DNA from: Microcoleus sp. Aus8_D2
Lineage (GTDB): Bacteria > Cyanobacteriota > Cyanobacteriia > Cyanobacteriales > Microcoleaceae
Assembly (NCBI RefSeq): GCF_036702665.1
Contig: NZ_JAUBUN010000017.1
Location: 1 to 41,768, forward strand
DNA: 41,768 nucleotides
Direction: 5' to 3'
The number at the start of each line of letters is the position of its first letter. Within the stretch, counting starts at the first letter, position 1. This document shows positions 36,260 to 41,768 of this stretch, piece after piece. The position numbers and the translations under genes were made by a program. The notes below the pieces were generated by a model. The model saw only the letters and a program-made list of their open reading frames with translations, did not search any database and was not told the origin of the DNA.

Positions 36260-36353
36260 TAAATACAGATCCGTTTTTTGTTAATTTTGGACGCTCATTT
36301 TTTATTAGCGGCATCATCGTTACAACCACTTGAGCTTCTATTTGCACGATCGC

Positions 36354-37799
36354 CTAACGTGTCCTAAAAAAATCCTTGCCTGAATAGTCACCTCCTGATG
36401 CTTTAGGAGCTACAATCACACTTGTTTGTAAGTAATTATAGCCTGTGGATGGTTCCCACACATTAAGATTAGCAAATCTTATTGAATATTCAGGACGATT
36501 ATATAATTTGGTAGTGGGATCTGGTAAGTTCAATAATACTTCATAAACTCCTGGAGGTATATTTGCTGGGATACCACCTTTAATATTTACGATTTTAGTA
36601 GTTCCTGGCATCCACAGACGAGGCTCTTCTGGTACTGGCAAATAGTATTCTTTTCGGGTTTGACGGTTACGCAAAATCGCTTCTAGTCGTCGCGGGTTGT
36701 ATGGACTAGCCCATCCATCATTGACAAGTGTCAAATTTATTGAAAAGCTACCACCAGGTTTTATTGTGTGGGGAATCACCGAATTCAAAAGACGAAAGCG
36801 GTAGCCTAAACGACGCTTGATTTCGGGCATACAGCCTTGATCCTCCCAAACTTTCAATACTTCTTGGTCAAATCTAGAGTTTAAGTCACTCCAGCGCATT
36901 TGTCGTAAATCTTTTAAAGCATTAAGGCAACCAATATAAGGTTGTGCTTCTCTGTCAGCGTTACAAGTTTCCCCTCCTTGAACTAGATAGCTGTTATCCA
37001 GGTTTAAAAAATTCTTTTCTCTTTCTACAATTGTGGGATCTGTACTCATATATGTACCCCAATCATCTATACTAGCTAAGAAACACTCGTTATTAGCACC
37101 TGTTCTGGCGCGATAAGTACCGTTGAAGGCGTCTTCAGGAGTAAGGGGATTTTGATTGTCATAAATATCTCTTTTATTTTTGGAGTAACGTAGCGCTACC
37201 ATTCTGTCTGCTGGAAGTACCGATAAAATTTTAAATAAAATGGTTCTCATGTCCTGAGTATTTAGCAGATTGTTGGTCGAACGATTCCATTCCCCCCAGT
37301 AACCAATAAAACCTGCATGGATGTATGCGATCGCGTCGTAGTTCTCTGCCAAAATTGGTCTCAACTGCTCCAAGTGTGAGATAATTCTGTCGCGCGGAGC
37401 ATCAGAACCACCTTCTAGCCAATTGTAGGAAAATTTGATAATCAATTTTACCCCTGCTTGGCGGGCTGTCTCGCAGTCCTGCGAAATCATCTCTAGGAAA
37501 GATTGTGATAGCGGTTTTTCTCGAAATTCTGAAAGCAGGTAAATTCTGCGCACCAAACTCATGTTCTGAGTTCTCACTTTTTGCAAGTCAGATAACTGCA
37601 AGGGAGAAACTGGGTTATTACCGATAGGGTTAAACGGTACGAAGAAACCTCTTTCTGGATTGGGAAAATCCTCAGAACTGCTTTCATACGTTACTGTGGT
37701 TTGATTAGAAGGAACAGTAGCAACAGTCGGTTGGTATGAAGCGATCGCAAACAACAAGATTGACCCCAAAGGAAACTTTATATATTTTGCCAAATTCAT
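36354..37799 (-). CDS. Secreted TIM-barrel glycoside-hydrolase-like protein (DUF4874/DUF4832-like). Putative polysaccharide-processing hydrolase.
   Basis: N-terminal signal peptide MNLAKYIKFPLGSILLFAIASYQPTVA. GYWGEW and GGETC segments occur, as in GH-like TIM barrels. The family assignment is tentative. Confidence 0.45.
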   Translation of the reverse strand: MNLAKYIKFPLGSILLFAIASYQPTVATVPSNQTTVTYESSSEDFPNPERGFFVPFNPIGNNPVSPLQLSDLQKVRTQNMSLVRRIYLLSEFREKPLSQSFLEMISQDCETARQAGVKLIIKFSYNWLEGGSDAPRDRIISHLEQLRPILAENYDAIAYIHAGFIGYWGEWNRSTNNLLNTQDMRTILFKILSVLPADRMVALRYSKNKRDIYDNQNPLTPEDAFNGTYRARTGANNECFLASIDDWGTYMSTDPTIVEREKNFLNLDNSYLVQGGETCNADREAQPYIGCLNALKDLRQMRWSDLNSRFDQEVLKVWEDQGCMPEIKRRLGYRFRLLNSVIPHTIKPGGSFSINLTLVNDGWASPYNPRRLEAILRNRQTRKEYYLPVPEEPRLWMPGTTKIVNIKGGIPANIPPGVYEVLLNLPDPTTKLYNRPEYSIRFANLNVWEPSTGYNYLQTSVIVAPKASGGDYSGKDFFRTR

Positions 37800-37922
37800 A
37801 ATTTTCCTGCCTTCCACTGTTGATTCTGCGATCGCTAAGTCATAAGACTGGGATTAACCTACTGATAAACCTATTTTATGGGGGAAATTGAGTAAGTTTG
37901 AAAATTCTCAATAAATTCCCCA

Positions 37923-40730
37923 TTAACTATGAGCAGTCATAGTGCCAATCAATGTCTCTATCTTAGAGCCTTCCACGGGCTTCGAGAAAAAGTATCCCTG
38001 GCCGTAGACGCATTTCAGCGCTTTGAGCTGAGCTATTTGCTCGCAGGTTTCCACCCCAGTTGCAATCATACCCATATCTAGCTCCTGCGCGATCGCAATA
38101 ATTTTTTGGAGAGTTTCTAAGTTAGCGTCATTACCCTCCAGCCCGCTGACCACAGAACAATCTAGCTTCAAACTGTCGAACTTCCCATACTTCATGCGTA
38201 TCAAGCGGTGGAGGCGAGTTAAAGATCGATCGCTCAAACCGCAGTGATCGATTTGCAATTGCACCCCTAAAGCTTTGAGTTTAACAAACACAGCGGTAGC
38301 TAGCTCAGAATTGTCGATCGCAACTTGCTCCGGAATCTCTATCTTTAAACTAGAAGCATCAAGCTTAGTTTCCGTTAGAATTTGGTAGAGTACCTCGCTT
38401 AAATCAGGTTGGAAAAACTGTTTGCTAGTCAGATTCACGCTGACTGTTAAGGGATCGTCAATATCAAATCGCTGTTGCCAAATTCGCAACTGGCTGCAAG
38501 CTTGACGCAACACCCACTCGCCAATAGGCACAATCAACCCCGTGGCTTCTGCCGCTGGAATAAACTCGTCTGGGACAAGAAATCCACGAGTCGGGTGCTG
38601 CCAGCGCAGCAGCCCCTCAAAACCTGTAATCTTATGAGTTTCCAGGCATACTATCGGTTGATAGTAAAGGCGAAACTCCTGAAGTTTAAGAGCTTGCCTC
38701 AAATCATTCTCTACGTCAACAGATACAACACTGTTGGAATTTGTCTGAACCTGCGGAGAATTTTCTGCGATATCCGTTTTTTCTTGGGCTATATTGGCGT
38801 GCAAATTAACAGTTGAATATCCCGGTATGTATTCAGGCACTAACTGCTCTAGCAAAAACACAATTAAATTGGCATCATTTCGATGAGCTGCTTGACAAAG
38901 GGCTTCTATGTCCTGCTCAATATTTTCTCGGACAATGCGGCTGGCATTGCCGAGAATCAGAATTTTTTCATGTTCAGTTTTGTCGTAGGTTTCCCCGGGA
39001 ATAAACAGTTCTTCAAACAATTTTTCTCCAGGCCGCAGCCCCGTGAAGACAATATCAATGTCTTTGCCCAACTCATATCCCGAAAGGCGAATTAAATCTT
39101 TTGCCAAGTCAACAATTCTGACTGGCTGCCCCATGTCGAGCATGAATACTTGACCCCCGTCACCGAGCACTGCCGCCTGCAACAGCAGTTGCACTGCTTC
39201 GGGAATTGTCATGAAATACCGGCTGATATCTGGATGGGTAATGGTGATCGGGCCGCCTTCAGCAATTTGCCGTTTGAAGGTGGGGACGACGCTGCCGCGA
39301 CTGCCGAGAACATTGCCAAAACGTACAACTACAAAGGGTTTCCCGCTTTTTTTTGCAGCTTGCAGCACCAGCATTTCTGCAACTCTTTTGCTGGCGCCCA
39401 TAATGTTAGTTGGATTCACGGCCTTGTCAGTCGAAATCATCACAAAATGTTCGACATCGTACTTCAATGCCATATCCAACAGGTTTTTTGTTCCCCGCAC
39501 ATTATTAGTAATGGCTTCAGGCGGGTTTAATTCCATCATGGGTACGTGTTTGTGAGCCGCCGCGTGAAACACAATATCTGGTCTAACTTTGTCAAACACG
39601 TACTCTAAGCGATCGACAAAGCGAATATCGGCTATGAATGTTGTTAATTGAGGGATATGTATTTTGAGTTCGCCTGCTTTTTGGAGTTGGGAAATCACCC
39701 GGTTTAGTTCTTGTTGAATGTTGAATACAGAGTTTTCTCCGTGTCCTACAAGGATCATTTCCGCAGGTTCTGATTTTAAAACTTGTCGGCAAAGTTCGCT
39801 GCCGATCGAGCCACCAGCTCCGGTAATTAGAACTTTTTTGCCTATGATAAATTCGGAAACTTTCTCGACATCAGTTTGGATGGATTCGCGACGGAGCAAG
39901 TCCTCAATTTGTACTTCCCTGACGCTGCCCAAGCTGACGCGGCAGTTGATGATTTCATTGATACCGGGCAGTGTACTGGTTGGCACTCCAATTGACTGAC
40001 AAATTTCTACGATTTCTCTAATTTCTCTTCCCGGGGCTGTGGGTATGGCAATGATAACTTTAGAGATATTTAACGACCTAACTATTTGGGGAATTTGATG
40101 GCGATCGCCTACTACACTTACTCCGCGAATCCGCAAGTTGAGCTTTTTCGGGTCGTCGTCAATGAAAGCTGCGGGGTAAAGTCCTAGCTGGGAACTCCGC
40201 TGCATTTTCTGCATCAAAGAAATGCCTGCACTCCCTGCACCGACTATCAGCAAGCGATCGCACCGCTGAAATTTCCGGCGTCTTTGGCTCAACCTTTCGA
40301 TCGCGGGAATGCTGAAACGAATGCCGCCAATAAACAAAAAGCTCAGCATCGCATCGAGCAGTGGCAGCGATCGCGGCAGTTTGTTGACCCCAAAAATACT
40401 CAGGTGAGCCAGCCCTTGGAACAGTATAGTTTCTAAGGCTAAAGCCACACCGATCAGCACCGCTATTTGTGCCAATTCGTCAATACCGGCATACCGCCAG
40501 TAACGCCTGTAGAACCCGAAGCTATAAAATACAGTTAGCTTTACTGCAACGAACAATACCGTAGCTACCGCTAGCCCGTACAAGTAGGGTGCAAGAGTAA
40601 AAGAATCATCTAAACGAATAGCTAGCGCCAATACGGGGGCGATCGCCAAACAAATCGTGTCAATCAACAAAAAATGACGGTTCCTCAATCTCAGCAAACC
40701 TTGGCTGATTTTTCTGATTATCCGGTTCAT
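37923..40730 (-). CDS. Fusion protein: membrane-anchored CapD/WbpM/PglF-type nucleotide-sugar 4,6-dehydratase (residues ~1-640) followed by a C-terminal EAL (c-di-GMP phosphodiesterase-type) domain (residues ~690-935)
   Basis: The CapD part has an N-terminal 4-TM region, LIVGAGSAGISL, VLITGAGGSIGSEL, FHAAAHKHVPMME, ISTDKAVNPTNIMGASKRVAE and FGNVLGSRGSVVPTFKRQIAEGGPITITHP. The EAL part reads YYQPIVCLETHKITGFEGLLRWQHPTRGFLVPDEFIPAAEATGLIVPIGEWVL…SVNLTSKQF…KIEIPEQ…QIDHCGLSDRSL…KLDCS…ATGVETCEQ…GQGYFFSKP. It is a single uninterrupted ORF. Confidence 0.85.
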   Translation of the reverse strand: MNRIIRKISQGLLRLRNRHFLLIDTICLAIAPVLALAIRLDDSFTLAPYLYGLAVATVLFVAVKLTVFYSFGFYRRYWRYAGIDELAQIAVLIGVALALETILFQGLAHLSIFGVNKLPRSLPLLDAMLSFLFIGGIRFSIPAIERLSQRRRKFQRCDRLLIVGAGSAGISLMQKMQRSSQLGLYPAAFIDDDPKKLNLRIRGVSVVGDRHQIPQIVRSLNISKVIIAIPTAPGREIREIVEICQSIGVPTSTLPGINEIINCRVSLGSVREVQIEDLLRRESIQTDVEKVSEFIIGKKVLITGAGGSIGSELCRQVLKSEPAEMILVGHGENSVFNIQQELNRVISQLQKAGELKIHIPQLTTFIADIRFVDRLEYVFDKVRPDIVFHAAAHKHVPMMELNPPEAITNNVRGTKNLLDMALKYDVEHFVMISTDKAVNPTNIMGASKRVAEMLVLQAAKKSGKPFVVVRFGNVLGSRGSVVPTFKRQIAEGGPITITHPDISRYFMTIPEAVQLLLQAAVLGDGGQVFMLDMGQPVRIVDLAKDLIRLSGYELGKDIDIVFTGLRPGEKLFEELFIPGETYDKTEHEKILILGNASRIVRENIEQDIEALCQAAHRNDANLIVFLLEQLVPEYIPGYSTVNLHANIAQEKTDIAENSPQVQTNSNSVVSVDVENDLRQALKLQEFRLYYQPIVCLETHKITGFEGLLRWQHPTRGFLVPDEFIPAAEATGLIVPIGEWVLRQACSQLRIWQQRFDIDDPLTVSVNLTSKQFFQPDLSEVLYQILTETKLDASSLKIEIPEQVAIDNSELATAVFVKLKALGVQLQIDHCGLSDRSLTRLHRLIRMKYGKFDSLKLDCSVVSGLEGNDANLETLQKIIAIAQELDMGMIATGVETCEQIAQLKALKCVYGQGYFFSKPVEGSKIETLIGTMTAHS

Positions 40731-40821
40731 AACACGCCCTACAACAACAACTACAGCTTACGCTCGTACCAAATTGCTTCTTTAAAATGTAGAATCTTCC
40801 TTCCCTCTTGTCTGGGAGAAT

Positions 40822-40848
40822 CCTACTTATCCTACTTATCCTATTTAT
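40822..40848. repeat. Triple direct repeat CCTACTTAT / CCTACTTAT / CCTATTTAT in the divergent promoter region
   Basis: Read directly, about 90 bp upstream of the CapD-EAL start codon. Confidence 0.7.
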
Positions 40849-41223
40849 CTACCTTTGACTGCCACTTGTTATAAGCTATTCGTAGACCCACACCCGCACG
40901 CTCAAATTTTTAACCGCTTCGGGGGGAGAACCTAAAGCAGATCGCTGAAACCAGATCGCATAGAGAAGCTCTACTATCTGCCATCTTTTTGATTCCACTT
41001 TGATGTACGCTCTTTATTATCCCACCAACCTCTTGCTGTTGTTCTAGTATGTTAAATACTTTATCAAACCAATAATATTTAGATATATGTATAAATTGGC
41101 ACCTCTGTTACATGGAATTCGTATAGTATAGACACGGTTAATCTTTCACTTATTGACCGCTACAGATTATTTTTTTTCTAATAATACTAAATATATCAAA
41201 AAAATATAATACTTAAGTATTAT

Positions 41224-41258
41224 TGACATAGGCGACGAAATATGATATGATAGAACCA
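41224..41258 (+). promoter_or_regulatory. Sigma70-like promoter TTGACA-N17-TATGAT upstream of the Wzc-like gene. An AGGAGG RBS lies at 41276-41281.
   Basis: TTGACATAGGCGACGAAATATGATATGAT read directly. The spacing and hexamers are near consensus. Confidence 0.5.
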
Positions 41259-41286
41259 TTTTATGTCATAAGTTCAGGAGGAATTT

Positions 41287-41768
41287 ATGGAGTCCGCAGA
41301 AACTGGTATAGGGTTTCAGCAATACTGGCAAATTATCAAGCGGCGCTGGCTGCCCGCCTTAGTCGTATTTGCCTCGGTTCTCGCATTAACTAGCTATAGT
41401 GTACTCAAGGAAAAGCCTGTCTATGAAGCCGAAGGCAAGCTTTTATTTAAAAAGACAAATCCTGCCTCTGCTTTAACAGAATTGGGAAAAGAAATAGGAC
41501 AGTTGACTCCAGCAGCAGAGCAAAGCAACCCCTTGACTACCGAAATCGAGCTAATTCGTTCTGTTGAACTTGCAGCAAAGACCATAAACAAGCTCAACCT
41601 CAAGGATCAAAAAGGCGACCCTCTAACAAGCAAAAGCTTTTTGAAAAACCTGACAGTGACAACTATTCGGGGAGCAGATATCCTGACGGTTTCTTACAAA
41701 AGTAAAAAATCCAAAGAAGCCGCAGATGTTGTCAAGAACATGATGGATTTTTATATAGAAAATAATGT
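41287..41768 (+). CDS. Polysaccharide co-polymerase / chain-length determinant (Wzz/Wzc/GumC-like), 5' part only; runs off the window
   Basis: The ATG at 41287 is preceded by AGGAGG. The N-terminus is YWQIIKRRWLPALVVFASVLALTSYSVLKEKPVYEAEGKLL, i.e. a cytoplasmic N-terminus, one TM helix and then a periplasmic Wzz domain (…DILTVSYKSKKSKEAADVVKNMMDFYIE). Confidence 0.75.
   Translation, partial: MESAETGIGFQQYWQIIKRRWLPALVVFASVLALTSYSVLKEKPVYEAEGKLLFKKTNPASALTELGKEIGQLTPAAEQSNPLTTEIELIRSVELAAKTINKLNLKDQKGDPLTSKSFLKNLTVTTIRGADILTVSYKSKKSKEAADVVKNMMDFYIENN

Noticed and set aside
37923-40730. Possibility that CapD-EAL is two adjacent genes merged by the ORF caller
   Set aside because: There is no stop codon or frame change anywhere between the last CapD block and the EAL YYQPIV start. 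The linker (…NIAQEKTDIAENSPQVQTNSNSVVSVDVENDLRQALKLQEF) reads like a normal interdomain linker. It is kept as a fusion but flagged for read-level verification.

Overview
This 41.8-kb window looks cyanobacterial. The HIP1 octamer GCGATCGC is very frequent, there are STRR-like heptamer tandem repeats, and a NACHT protein with PBS-lyase/HEAT repeats is present. It has three parts.

(1) A core polyphosphate kinase gene (ppk, 292-2472, minus strand) is bracketed by two nearly identical inverted copies of a ~275-bp repeat.

(2) A small AT-rich integrase island (about 3.1-7.16 kb) is bounded by direct copies of the same repeat family. Next to it is a putative defence-like module: an XRE-family HTH regulator, a 3 x 109-bp tandem repeat, and a large NACHT-HEAT STAND NTPase. 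The NTPase has an unrecognisable ~300-aa N-terminal domain and in-frame palindromic repeat insertions.

(3) From about 12.4 kb to the window end lies a large, mostly minus-strand, Wzx/Wzy-type polysaccharide (EPS/O-antigen-like) biosynthesis locus. It encodes Ugd, UXS, a UDP-GlcA-epimerase-like SDR, a DegT aminotransferase and a PglC-like phosphoglycosyl transferase. It also has FemAB/CelD-like GNAT proteins, four SAM methyltransferases, five GT4 glycosyltransferases and an AsnB-like amidotransferase. A Wzy-like polymerase, a MurJ-like flippase, a secreted hydrolase-like protein and the start of a Wzc/Wzz co-polymerase complete it.

The most unusual element is a 935-aa ORF (37923-40730, minus strand). 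It fuses a full-length membrane CapD/WbpM/PglF-type nucleotide-sugar 4,6-dehydratase to a C-terminal EAL (c-di-GMP phosphodiesterase-type) domain. The EAL motif is EGL and the DDFGTGYSS loop is degenerate (DHCGLSDRS). This suggests direct c-di-GMP control of the first committed step of the pathway.

The locus also carries a decayed tandem duplication (FemAB-like + methyltransferase module), two glycosyltransferase C-terminal remnants, two copies of a ~100-bp MITE-like element, and heptamer repeats at gene starts. No tRNA, rRNA or CRISPR array was recognised by eye.
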